Of a DNA stretch of 64,000 nt, positions 1 to 12,351 are shown piece after piece (positions within the stretch are counted from its first letter, which is position 1; each line of letters begins with the position of its first letter). Below the pieces are notes generated by a model. It saw nothing but the letters and a program-made list of their open reading frames with translations, was not told where the DNA came from and ran no database searches. A program made the position numbers and the translations under genes. Source of the stretch: Lepidodermella squamata (lineage: Eukaryota > Animalia > Gastrotricha); assembly GCA_047495785.1 (NCBI GenBank), contig JBLDXI010000009.1, positions 4,526,001 to 4,590,000 on the forward strand, in the 5' to 3' direction.

Positions 1-1325
1 GGCCACCGGGTTACCTTTGATAACACCGGAAAACGTAACACCCTTAACACACCTATAACACGGAAACCTGCAACTTGACTTACGCGCGATATTTACTTTT
101 TCAATTGTCTTCTTTTCATTTCACATTGCAAATGAATGATTAGAGCTAGTTTTTAGCAAGGAGCCCTTTCTATGCAGCAGCGCTTACGAGCGAATCGACT
201 GATTTGCATATGCACTAGGCTGAGTTCAGCCATTTTTTAGAATTCGGCTGATTTGAGTCATGAGATTGAATGCAAGTCATTTCGCAAAGCAAATCGATAA
301 AGTTGATACTCCAAAGTTGCACCACCGAATAGCACTAGCTCAATTGGGAAGCCACTGCTGATTGAGTGGAGGTGATATTTTAAAGGTGAAACCGACTTGA
401 CTATTGACTAGGTGGAGCTTCTTAATTGCTTTGATTAATTGCTTAGGAATTGCAGTTAAATTGAGTTGAACCAGTCATTTCATTTAGATTTATTTGATTA
501 AGATTTAGCGAGGACCCTGTTACTAATTGAGAGCTATAATCTAGAATCCAATTGAAGAACGATTTTAGAGAGTTGGCGATGCTAGCCACGTTGCCGGCAC
601 TAAAATTAGCTGAAATTTTGCGTCATCCCATAGATCTTGACAATTAGCTGCGATTATTGGTTATTTTTGTTTATGTTTAAAATCCAACCCTGAAATAACT
701 CGGCTACGGTATACCGTATCTACCGTATTATCAGGGAGGGACTTCTAATTTATTAAGGGACCTTTTTTGCCTGGCTCAGGTGGCTGCAAAATCGATATCA
801 AAATCTCTGAAAGGATCTTACTGCGCATCATATCAGCGCTGCACATACGAAGGTATACGGTAAAATTCAGACTCAGGATGTCATTGTGTTTTGACCATCC
901 TCGACCATGAGACATTTACCAGAGTTTATCCTCAACTTTTTTTACTTATGCTAACATGTTTTAGAGGTTTATAACACTAATATTTCATAATTAAAAATCA
1001 AATAAATAATTTATTTATTGAAATAGAATTAACAAATTTGCGCGAGGGTGATTGCCCTTAGATTGCCACCCAAGAAAAGAATTGCCACAGTTAATTACCA
1101 CCCAAGGGTATTTACCCCACTTTTACCTTGGAGCGAATTACCACAAAGGAATAGGCGAGAGCATTTACCCCTCAAAAAATTGAAAAAGGGTAAATACCCA
1201 GGGTAATCAGCACCCTATTTTTTACAGTGTACCTTTCCCAAACACGCCCACGAAATTCAGATATGAAAGAATTAAGCGCACAGTTGCAATAGATACCTAG
1301 TTATATCTCTGTTTTGTAATTGTAT

Positions 1326-3074
1326 ATGGTCATGGGTTGGGGTCCACGTGATAATAACAAGAGTGGTAATATCACGTAGTCACCCCTGCTATATATTAAG
1401 CATATAAAAACCTAATTTTGTTAAAACCAGCCCTCATTTTTACTATAGGTTATACTACGATGAATATATTCAGCTCACAAGTGAAACCACCGTCTTTTGA
1501 AGGGAATGATCCGGTTGGTGAATTATATATTTAATATATTATCTCATTTCATAATATTAAATTTAGCTGTCACAACTGGCTAATTCACAGCTAGCGGTCT
1601 GGTTATTAACACAAAGCGAAACGGTAAAATATCGGTCGCAGTTTACATCATTAACCCCATTGGGTAGAGGATCGTTCAGTCAGACTTATTCAACATTCCA
1701 TCATATAGGCAATCGTCAAGTCGTGCTAAAGCAAATGATTTACAAGGACGATGGTAGCGAAAAAGGTCGCGATGTCGTTAGGAGAGCTGAACGAGAGGTT
1801 TGATGTGAACGAAAATTATCATTTACATTCAGCATAAAAGACTTGAACAGATGGAAATCATGTACGGCGTCGACCATAAGAATATCGTGAAGATATTCAG
1901 CCACCATTTTCAGGCCTATGATAAGGTCAAGATGCAGAAACTATGCGTCATAGAACTCGAGTACTGCTCTGGGGGTCCGCTGTATGAAATGATTCGACAC
2001 TGCAAGTTTGATGGTTCAAAATTGGACGAGGGGCAACACGTACGTTTGCGAATAATTATACAACTTGATGCAATTTTAGGGAAGCGGTGGTAATTCAAAG
2101 AATGATGCAATCTTCCTTATATCTTTCCAAGCTTTGTTTTGTTTTCCATAAAGAAGTAAAGAATCCACCTTTTGCCTCGTTGAATAATTCGGATTTAGGC
2201 TTGTTTACGAGGTTATCCGGCGTTAAAGATTGCTCCGCCTCAGTCCCTATGAATAAGAACTGGCCGTAAAACTGTTGCTTATAGAATTGTAAAGAAACAA
2301 CGCAAATGTTAGGTGTTAGGACCTTGTGAAAGTTTTACAGTTTTTGCAATATCTCAACTTTTGTAACGGAGATTCTGCAACCATTTTCAGATCATACCAT
2401 GGCTCAAGCAAATAGCTTTAGGGCTCACCTACCTCCACTCGAAGAAAATCGTTCATCGAGATCTGCATCCCGGCGTAAGTTTCTAAAGCTTTCATAGCTT
2501 GGAAAAGTAATTATTCGAACCTCCAGAACGTGCTGATCGCGGATGCAGGCCACAAGGTTGTTAAAATCGCTGATTTCGGCCTTTCCCGTGTCTACAAACC
2601 TGGGTATGATATGCCCCGCTCACGAAATGCCCGCTATTATAAATATTGTTCAGATCTGAGGAAGGCATGGTGATATCAACGAATGGCAACGGTGAAGTTG
2701 GCGCCCCTCACTATCGCGCGCCTGAAGTTTGGCAAGGCAACCATGTGCTTGGCGATAATCCTAAAAGAGATATTTGGGCGCTTGGGCTCATTGCTTACGA
2801 GTTGATGGCTCTGAAGCTGCCCATCGACTTCCCCAATGGAATTGACTGCGAAGGTGTTCGCAGACATGTTCGACAATGGTATGAAATCCTATCAAAATTT
2901 AAAGTCAATGTCACCAAAAAGTCATCTTATCGTGTTTCATTTCATAGGGATGGAAAATGTGACTTCTCGAAATGCACCAACTATTCCGATAACTTGCGTC
3001 AAAATGTTGTGAAGATGCTGGATCGCGACTTCAACAGTCGACCGTCATCACAAGATGTGTTAGGGATGCTGTGA
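1326..3074 (+). CDS. Divergent NEK-like Ser/Thr protein kinase (multi-exon; 5' end uncertain)
   Basis: Spliced translation gives LGRGSFS (Gly loop), VVLK, AERE|MEI, IELEYCSGGPL, W..QIALGLTYLHSKKIVHRDLHPG|NVLI, KIADFGLSR, YRAPEV, DIWALGLIAYELM and RPSSQDVL. Introns lie at about 1798-1850, 2040-2390, 2475-2527, 2604-2653 and 2879-2947. Confidence 0.88.
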
Positions 3075-3298
3075 GGACATCTAAACGACATCTTGCCAAA
3101 TTGGTACTGCGACAAAACGGCAACTTTGCAGAACATCGAATGCGACAGAACAGCGAAAACTTACTATGTAAAAGATGCACCGTGTTACTGCTGTTATGTC
3201 GCAAGTTGCTGCTATGACGGTCTGCGCTTAAACTTTGCGAGACCTCTTTCAATTAGCTGATGAAATGAAGAGTTGTGAACAATAACTTGTTCGCTTTT

Positions 3299-4514
3299 TT
3301 ATATGGCTGTGGAGAATTTATAAACCACGAAATGCAGTAGAAGATATCCAAGAGTTGAGCCTATTATAGAAGATGAGTTCATTATGATCATTTGCATTCG
3401 TTCGCGGGCACAAATGAAGCGCCTGCTCTCGCTACTTTTCGTTCCATTGATCGCCAACATCCCGCAATCCTTGCAAATGAAAGGCGGTGAGCAGTAGCGT
3501 TGCTTCTCGAATAGCTGTTGCCTCTGCTGCTTGGCCATTTCCTCGGTCAAAATTTCGACGTAGAGCGACTCGTAGGGCGTGCATGTTTTGCCTTCGCCTA
3601 GCAATTCGTCTTCGTTTGGGATGCAAGTTTTGGCGATTTTCGCTGATCGATGCGTGAAGCGAAGCGCGGACTGGGATACCTCGGCTTCTTTCTCGAAGCC
3701 AGTCCAAAAAGATACGTTTTTAAAGCCGGGAAGACAAGAGCAAACGCTAAAAGAAAACATCAAAGAATTATTTTCAAACAATTAAACAAAGAAATACCCA
3801 TCAATACATGCTGAGTTAGGAATCAACGCGCAATCTTCTGGGCTCGAACATTCGTCCGTAATAATTCCTGAAAAATTCATTAAAAATAATGTTATTTTCT
3901 TAAATTTTGGAAATTTAAAAAAAATTCAACTTTTCACACATTCAGAATTTTCGCTGACTCTGTAGCCAGGCGCGCAGTTGCATCGGTTTTCAACGCAGTG
4001 AAGCGAGTAGTAGCATTCATGGTCGTCTTCGCAATAATTGCCGGCTTTTTTAGTCTATATATGGAAAATAACAAGTTCAGGGATCGAAAGAACCACATCG
4101 AAATCTCACCATCGATAACGGAACGCAATCGTCCTTAAGGCCCGGCTTGAACATGGCTGGGCACTTGCATGTCCCACTTTCAGGATCGCAGGTCACATTG
4201 GTGCCGATGCAAAATTCCGATTTAGGGTCACAAATAGACCCTACTCCAGATATTGCTGGTAAAATGAAGAAAAATAAAGGAAATTTAATAAAACAAATTT
4301 GGAGAAAATCACCTCTTCTGCAAGATTGAGAGGCTTCGTGGAACGAGAATCCTGGCACGCACTCACAGGTGCCGGATCGGCAACCAGGTGAGTCGATTTT
4401 GCAGTACGTTTTGGCACCTGGGCAGTCGGCATTTTTCAAACAAGGCCTATCAATAATATTTTCACCAGCATTCGCTGCTACGACGAATAACATGGAAATT
4501 AACAAAATTTCCAT
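3299..4514 (-). CDS. Cys-rich EB/EGF-like-module secreted or GPI-anchored protein, paralog 1 (5 exons)
   Basis: Signal peptide MEILLISMLFVVAANA, repeated C-x5-C...C-x-C-x-PG[FY] modules, a C-terminal 6-Cys domain and a hydrophobic tail. Exons about 4514-4312, 4256-4110, 4055-3932, 3867-3799, 3746-3299, with canonical GT-AG. Confidence 0.82.
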
Positions 4515-4758
4515 TTTTTTCTGGAAATTTCAATTTTAATTGTAGAATAAGGTATTAGGTATTTGCAAGGTTTTTTCACTTATTACTATTTACAACACGT
4601 TCACGTTTTCCTTGTTGACAGTCCAGCCGTGGTGGTCACGTAATAAAACAATGCGCCCAAAAATATGCATCCTTTATTCTAAAACATGTGTATCAGCGAT
4701 GAAAACATGACAAAAAATTAATGAAAGGACCGTTGAAAATAAGGAAAATACGCGCTGT

Positions 4759-4910
4759 GCGACATTTCAGCAAACGACAACTCAGCTAAAGATAATTATA
4801 GTGAGGTAAATTGACTTACAAGACAGCTGAAATTACTCAGCTGAAATCAAGGTAATTTCTATTTTTCCTCTATTTCGAGGCGACATTTCAGCAACGACAG
4901 TTCAGCAAAA
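4759..4910. repeat. Relic of Mutator-type TIR subrepeats (GCGACATTTCAGCAA(A)CGACA, two copies)
   Basis: Two direct copies at ~4759 and ~4880 resemble the ACGACAACTGAGCAAA subrepeats of the MULE TIR at ~58100-58300. Confidence 0.4.
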
Positions 4911-5048
4911 TTTAACTGCAACCCCGAAATGACTAATAACGCAATTCCTATATTTGTGGTTATCAGTGTTTATTAGTAAGCTGCGATTTTAATTGAGGAA
5001 ATTAAAACTAAAAAGTGTGAAATATAACAAATTTCTGTCTCACAAAGT

Positions 5049-6479
5049 TCAAAATGAGAGAAGAGCAATCAAAGCGAAGATGTGGATGTAGCTATACATG
5101 AGCACATCTTCGACGCCAGCCGCCGAATCCGTAAGCGCCAGCTGAGCCCGTCCACACACGTAGCGGTTCTGCCCAGCCGCTTCCGTGCGCCCGCACGACG
5201 TGCAAACGTAAGGCTGTGAGCACAACTTCTGATTTTTTGTCCTCGCCGTATCGTCGCCGTACTGTGGAGGCGAGTAAGGCGTGCATGTGTCACCCTCGCT
5301 GCCAGTTTTGTCGCCCGTTGCTATGCACGCTGTATTGGTCACCCCGACGCGGTAGTAGTACTTGACGTTGCGAGCGTTAACGTCCATTTCTGTCGAATCG
5401 CCGATCCAATACGTCACATTTTTGTAGCCAGAGTTGCACTGGCAAGTACTGAAAAAATTTGAAAAAATGGTATTTCTTTTCTGAAAATTCTAGAATTTTC
5501 TTCTTAATTTTCAACAATTTTTTCAATTAATTTTTTGCTTGAAAATTAGAGAAAGTTTAATTTAATAGTTAACTTGTTTTTCGATAGTTTGAGTAAAAAT
5601 GTAATTCTTAAATTTTTCAATTTTCAATAATTTCGGGGAGAATTTTAAAATTTTCCGAAAATTCCCGAAAAAAACTAATAAATTGTTGGCCTGGTTTTAA
5701 GAATTACCCATTTTTGCAGACTGCGTTGCCAATGTAGTTGCAGTCTTCTTGCGAGGCGCAAGCATCGCCTATCTTTCCTGGAAAAAAAGTAAAAAAAAAA
5801 TATTGCAATAAAGGTTAAATTCGAAAACTTTACTTACTGACAATACATTTTGTGGCATTTGCAGACACCCTGAATCCGCCTTGGCAGCTGCATACTGCGG
5901 CCAAGCAGCGAAAGGCTGGCCGACATTCAACGTCATCCGTACATGGAACGCCAGCTTTTTTCACCTGGAAAATTTTGTTACAAAAAATAACCATGTTTCT
6001 CAAAAAAACTGTACTCGAGTTTTAGCGACGCAATCGCCTTCTTCCGTCGCGTTGAACAGCGGATCCACGCATTTGCAGACACTCTTAACCGGGTCGCAAT
6101 AGACATTGGCACCCGTGCATATCTCAGTTTTATTATTGCAGCTAGACCCAACTCCTGGAATGCCTGGAAACAAATCAATTTTTATTAATTTAATTTGTTT
6201 ACGAATTACGAATAAAATATTTCTAATACCTTTGCGGCATGAACTCGAAGCGTTGACGTACACAAATCCGGGAATGCATTGGCAAGTTCCGGAGCCACAT
6301 GTTGGCGATGCGATTTTGCAGTACGTATTCTCCGTCGGGCAATCAGAGTTGCTTTTACAAATTTTCTCAACTACCGGCGTCTTGGCGGTCGTTTTTTCAT
6401 CGCCTTCATCCCCGCGCGATGTCCCAATAATCAAGGTGGATATAATGAAGACAACCGCCAGTGAAAAATTGCGCAACAT
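5049..6479 (-). CDS. Cys-rich EB/EGF-like-module protein, paralog 2 (5 exons)
   Basis: Signal peptide MLRNFSLAVVFIISTLIIG; YCKIASPTCGSGTCQCIPGF; same intron positions and phases as paralog 1; hydrophobic tail YSYIHIFALIALLSF. Confidence 0.85.
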
Positions 6480-6727
6480 TTTTTCGGAAAAAAATATTCT
6501 GAACAGCTTTGCGCGGATAAATAAGAAAATATAATCCCGGAAGTTTTTAATTAATTTTTCAGCCAGGGATGCTTGCCAAAATAAAGGTGTGAGTCAATGC
6601 GTGGGTAAAACTTGTTTTTCTCGATTTATTTACTCTTTTGTGTACCTGACAGTGAAGTGTTGGAACTGAAGAGAATTTTCTTTGATTTTATTCGAGACAT
6701 TGTTGCAAAAATTCAAGTTTTATTAAA

Positions 6728-7964
6728 TCAGAAGAAAAAATTCGCTAACAAATTCATGATGCATATGATAATTAGACCGATGTAGCCTTCGATTCGGTAC
6801 CAACTTGGCGCCGAAGCCATGAGATCGAGCTGTGGCCGGGCGCAAACGTACCGCTGCGGGCCATTTTTCGTAGAACTTCCGCATGACGAACAGATGTAAG
6901 GCTGTTCGCACAGCGTTGGGTTGGTATTTTCCGTCGAAGTGTCGCCCGGCTTGTAGCCCTGGTAATTTGTGCATGATTCACCCTCCTTGGCTAGCGCCGC
7001 ATCTGATCGAATGCAGGTTTTTGCTGTCACCCCGATGCGGTAGGTGGTTTTGATGTTATCTGTCGTGTTGGTACTAGTTGAATCAGCCACCCAATACGAG
7101 ACATTGCGATAGCCAGACTGGCAAAGGCAGGCTCTGAGAAATTTTAGATTTCAATCTCAAATTTAAATAGTAGTATTTTTCAAATACCCATTTGAGCAAA
7201 TCGAATTCGCGACATATGCGCAATCTTCTGTTTTCGAGCATGAATCGCCTACAGTTTCTGTGAAAAATATGAAAATAATTTAAAAATTAATAAATTCCCA
7301 ATTCTTAAGTATTTGATTAAATAGACATGAAAAATTAACATCAAACGAACTTGGAACGCATTTTGTCCGTTTGTAGACCTTGAGCCCAGTTAAACAGCCA
7401 CATAGTTGATTGATGCATTTCAATGAGTAGTAGCACTGTGAATCATCGCTGCACTTTTCGCCACTCGATTGGGTCTGAAATGATGGAAAATTATGAATTT
7501 ATTCGAAATTATAACGGGATTTTTCACCATTGTGTTTGGAACGCAATCGCCTTCGAGGCCTTCTCGATAGGACGGCGGGCACTTGCATGTGCTCGTATCT
7601 CGGTCGCAAACCGTATTTTTGCCCGAGCAAACTTCGATCTGATAGTTGCATTTCAAACCGATACCAGCAACACCTGAAGATAGGGAAATCGTCGGAAGAA
7701 GCATGATATAAAAAAACTGTCCGAAATGAGGTCATTACTTTTGCGGCACGCATTTGCGTTGTTGTCGAACGAAAATCCAGGTATGCATTTGCAGGAACCG
7801 CCGCCACAAGACGGCGAGCTGATTTTGCAGTACAAATTTTCGCCTGAACAGTCGGCGCTGCTTCGACACGCTACATCTATAGACGTCATCGACGATGTAG
7901 TCTGAGCGCTTGCGATTGAGAGCAAATCGAACATGAGTACTGCAAAGATGATACTTTTCGCCAT
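6728..7964 (-). CDS. Cys-rich EB/EGF-like-module protein, paralog 3 (5 exons)
   Basis: Signal peptide MAKSIIFAVLMFDLLSIASA; YCKISSPSCGGGSCKCIPGF; C-terminal CEQPYICSSCG...RYVCAR domain and hydrophobic tail GYIGLIIICIMNLLANFFF. Confidence 0.85.
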
Positions 7965-9404
7965 TTCTTAGCTTGGTTGTCAAGGTGGTTTTCGGGTTTT
8001 TAGTGGGTGGATTTTTGTGAGAGATGTAATTATTTCGTAGCGTTGATTAAACTTAGCGACCGCCATGTTTTTGTTTACCTGTGGTTGTCACCTTCAGCTT
8101 TTCAATGTCGCACTTTCGCAGTTTTAAGACAATTTCTCACCTCAATTATACCATGGGATATGAGCATATAAATTTGGAGAAGAATATTCTGGATTACTGA
8201 AAAATAACTAGAAACTTCGCATGATAAAATTGAAGTGAATTCTCATCTCCAAACGAAATCGCTGCCCTTGCTCTAAATATTTGAAATTGAAAACTCCTTC
8301 TTAATTTAAATATGGACGCGTTAAAATTTCCTGCAGTTTCTTTCAAGTTTCTCCAATTCCATTTTCTGAATTCGATCACCTTTCAACTCGGCATATATTT
8401 TGAATTATCTTCCCAGCTTCAAACTAAGAACTCTGTTGCAGTACAAAAATGCAGGTATCTTTGTCTCTTTTGAATTTTTTATTGAAATATCTTCTATCAC
8501 TTTCATTATTTTTTCCATCATACAACCCGCGGCGCCCGACGAGCGGCCGTGGTTTTTTGCTTTTCTTTTCTCATCGTTCTTATTATATCAACACATCATC
8601 CTCGATTGTTGCTGACTTGGGCAGTGAAATCGTTTGTATTTCCATCTTCACAAAAAATTACAATTTTTGTTCAAAAAAAGAAGAAGAGCATACACTGATA
8701 TTATTATAATTCACGACATGTGGTAACAGTAAAATGACGAAAACGGCCCAAGTTCTTTTTAAGAAGAAGAAGAGGACGAGGCCGTTAAAAAAGATAGGAA
8801 CACAAAAACTTGATTTTTTCATCTATCATCACCGCCAGAAAAAACTCGCTATCATCGTAAGATTCGAGGCGGGACAAATCGAGAACGAAAAAACGACTGA
8901 GTGATCAACAAATTTATTTCATTAACATAACCCGAATTTACTGCGTGTCAATCATCCTCGATTTATTCCAGCCGTCGTTTCTCGGCGTACACATGCTCAG
9001 TAAATTATATATATATATAGATATATTTTTACGTATTTTAATAATAATCATCGAATCAAGTTTTGTTACGAAGAAGAATAGGAAAAATGTAGTAACGAAA
9101 CGAAGAAGAAGAAAAAGAATCACCACGGAATAGTCGCGAAAAAAGCGCGATTTCTCAACACGCGTGATCATCATAATCGTAATATAATCAATGGGCTGTG
9201 ACGTGACTGACTATTACCGTCTATAATATGTGTTTTATATCGACACTGCGGCGCTTCACCGGGCCTGCTTTCAACTTGACGACAGCTCTCTTGCGTATCT
9301 TCGCAGTGATGATCCTGATCTGATATGTTTAGTATCTGATGTGCGGCGGTTTTGGTGGATGATTGGTATAAAAAAGGGGCGGACGAGGGTGGGTGAGCGG
9401 GCGA

Positions 9405-12351
9405 TCACGACGCCGACGGTTCCACGACGACGACAGCCGGCGGCGGTCGGACGGGCGACACCGCGGCCGAACCGGGTAGCAGGGTGACTGCCGGGGTCGG
9501 GAACACGAGACCGCTCGTGGCTGACGTTGTGGCGATGTGGAGCGAGGGCGGCAGCACGACCAGCGGCGTGTTGGGCCGCAGCGTCGGGCACGGCGTCGCC
9601 GAGTTGGACGACTGGGTCGAGGCGCCGTTGCTGAGCAGCGCTGGTGCAGGGTCGAGGGCCCGCGCCGGGCAGGCACTTGTTGCTGATACGTGGTTACGTT
9701 GAGAGTAATGTGATCTGAAAGCAATAAAATCAGTATATTAATTAATATTGAATTTCGAAAAAATGAAATAATAGAAAAAATTAACAGCTCAATTGTTGTA
9801 ATCAATTTAAATCAATTTTGTCCCCATTCAAATTCAAAAGTATCAGCTCTCATTTTCTTCAATTTCTGAATGTATTTCTTAATTAAATATATTTTAACTC
9901 GAATTCTATTACTTGAAATTAGAATTAGTCGCCAAGAAAAAATCGAATTTGCCTAAAACTAAACCCCTAAACCCAGTTATCAGTTCTGCTAGGTTTCCTT
10001 GGCGCAATAAAGAAAATCAAATGACTGTACGATTTCAATGCTTCAGGTGAAAATGGCGAATTTATCGCTCAATTCATGGAAGAGGCCCTGATGCTATATT
10101 CGGGGATTGCAGTTTTGAATCAAAATGTAAAATCCTAGTAGCGTCATTTTCTAAATTTACAGGAATTTTAGTGATGAATTAGTAAAATTTCCAAATGTTC
10201 TCCACGAAATTGTCTATTTTCCGTCTATTTAGCGTCTATTTGCAGCATAAATTTTCATTTTTTGAGACTACTGACACTGACTAGAAAAGTAACTTGAATT
10301 GAGAAGAATCAGAGGCTGAGTAACTTACATATGGTTGCTTTGAATATAGTCTTTGTAAGATTGGGCCAGTCGACCAGCGAGCGGCTCCTCGGACTGCCAG
10401 TCCGAAATCTGATTGAGCGACGCCGACCAGCGGTCCGCCGGGGCCCGGTCGATGACCACGCGGGACGCGCCGCCCCGCCCGCGTCTCAACCGCGCGAACC
10501 CGACGCAGGCGGACGACTTCGAGTCGGCGGCGTCCGGCGACGTCGGGGTCTGAATCGAGGCGAGGCAGAAGCGGCCGCGAGCCGCGTGACGAGACGCGTG
10601 CAACCGCGCGAATAACGCCGGGTCGTGCGGCACTCCGATCGGCGGCTCGAGGCGCGACCGCAGCGGGTGGGGGGCGAGGTAGACGGCGCCGGCCATGCGC
10701 TTGAACGCAAACCGGCCTTCCGGCACCGGCGGTAGCAACTGCTTGGGCGCGGCAGGTACGACCGGCTCGGGTTCGGGGACAGGCGGCACAGGCGCGGGTG
10801 CGACCACCGGCGCCTGTTCGGCCTTCGAGATCTTGCGGAGGTGCGACAGCTGCATGTCATCGGGAATCGACGAGGCCGGGATGAAGCCGTTCTCGCGCAT
10901 CCGCTGCCGCTTATTATTGACACGAGACGCCGCATCGGGTAGATGCCGCTTCGCCGGCCTGAATTCTTGATCTTCCTTCTTCACATTCTGTTGTTGTTGC
11001 TGCTGCAGGAACTTCGGCGTCATGTACGCTGGCCGCCTATCCTTCAACCGTTCCGCCTCAGCTTCCATCGCGACTCGGCCATCAAAGTCGTTCAACTCGT
11101 ATCGTTTACCAAAAATCTCACGAGCTAGTTGAATCAGCTCCTTCTTACTCTTCTCGCGCCGCCTGATCAACTCTAACAATGTGACCAATTTGCCGCAATC
11201 CCGCTTCAGCTTGACCATCCTCTCGTAACTAACTTCGTCAGACTTCCGGTTCTTCCTAGTCTGCATCTTCTCCGCTCGTCGCCTAAACGCGACGTACGGA
11301 TCGTTGACTGATAAACCATCTCGCTTGTCTGTTTTCACGTGAAGAAGTAACGGATGATGGAGGCGTAACCGTTTGGCAAGCCAGTAGTTGTAGACAACTG
11401 TTGATAGATCGTCATCTTCCTGCAACAACGCCTTGGCCTCACTCAGTTGAAGAACTTGCTGTTGGCCACAGTTCTTCTCCAACCGGTCAATCATAGACTC
11501 AAACTTGAGTGCAGTCAAGTCATGACGGGGACCGTTTTCGTTCAGCCACTTCTCGTCGTCAGCGTCGAGGTCATAATCAGGAAACTCAGTCTCCGCACCG
11601 AATGCTACAAGTAATCAATCTGTGAATCAATCATTCATCCAAGCAAGCAATCACTCACTTTGAATGCGGATAAGATGTTTTGTGAGCTTGAATTCTTTCG
11701 AGTAAAAATCATTGTACTCTTCATCGGTCAACTCGATGACCTCGGGAATTGGAATGACTGAATCGGCTGTTGTGCCATGTTTTTCTTGAGTAGAAAGCGC
11801 CCATTGCAGATGTTGTTCCTACAAGTATCAGAAAAAACATTGATAAGTTATCAAGCCAATTCATCGATACAGCCTAGCGGCGATAAAATTCTACACACCC
11901 ATTCGCAGATACTAGTATATAGTGGTACTATGGCTATACGCTATACACGTGGTCATTTGCATACGTATGCAAATGCGCAAGTACATTCATGCTACGTAGT
12001 ACTTGCATGCTAGCGTATTGACGACAAATAGTCTGATATTGATATGGGCCAAAAATGGCCGAGTTTGACAAGTTTTCGAAAAATTCTTTGGAAATTGCTT
12101 AAACTAAGACTAAATGAGAGAGAAACAAAGGAAAAGAGGTGAAAAGGCTACAAACTTAGAGTTAACTATTTTGCAAAGAAATGAATCAGCAAGCATACCG
12201 ATTCCTCCTCCTTCTCCATACCACTGGGTATGTAGGGAATAGCTCGAGTGACGACGCTTGGATCGGACAACTCCGCGGATTCCTCGCACCAGTAGATGGG
12301 CACTGGCTTGTGGAAGTCGAGCTGCTTCGATCGGAAGGCAACCTTCGACAT
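9405..12351 (-). CDS. EPC1: Enhancer of polycomb (EPC1/EPC2 family, NuA4/TIP60 subunit)
   Basis: MSKVAFRSKQLD..KP, PSGMEKEEES|EQHLQ, PDYDLDADDEKWL, YNYWLAKR and DPYVAFRRRAEKMQTRKNRKSDEVSYERMVKL are EPcA-domain hallmarks. Exons 12351-12199, 11818-11659, 11604-10329, 9714-9405; the last exon is inferred from phase. Confidence 0.95.

Noticed and set aside
1045-1231. TTACC/TTGCC-rich segment ending TTTTTTACAGTGTA, like a DNA-transposon terminus
   Set aside because: No matching left terminus or TSD within the window, so it cannot be delimited.
3299-7964. Operon (SL trans-spliced) organisation of the EB cluster
   Set aside because: Spacing is short and paralog 1 has TTTCCAG 6 nt before its ATG, but the other genes lack clear adjacent acceptors, and tandem duplication alone explains the layout.
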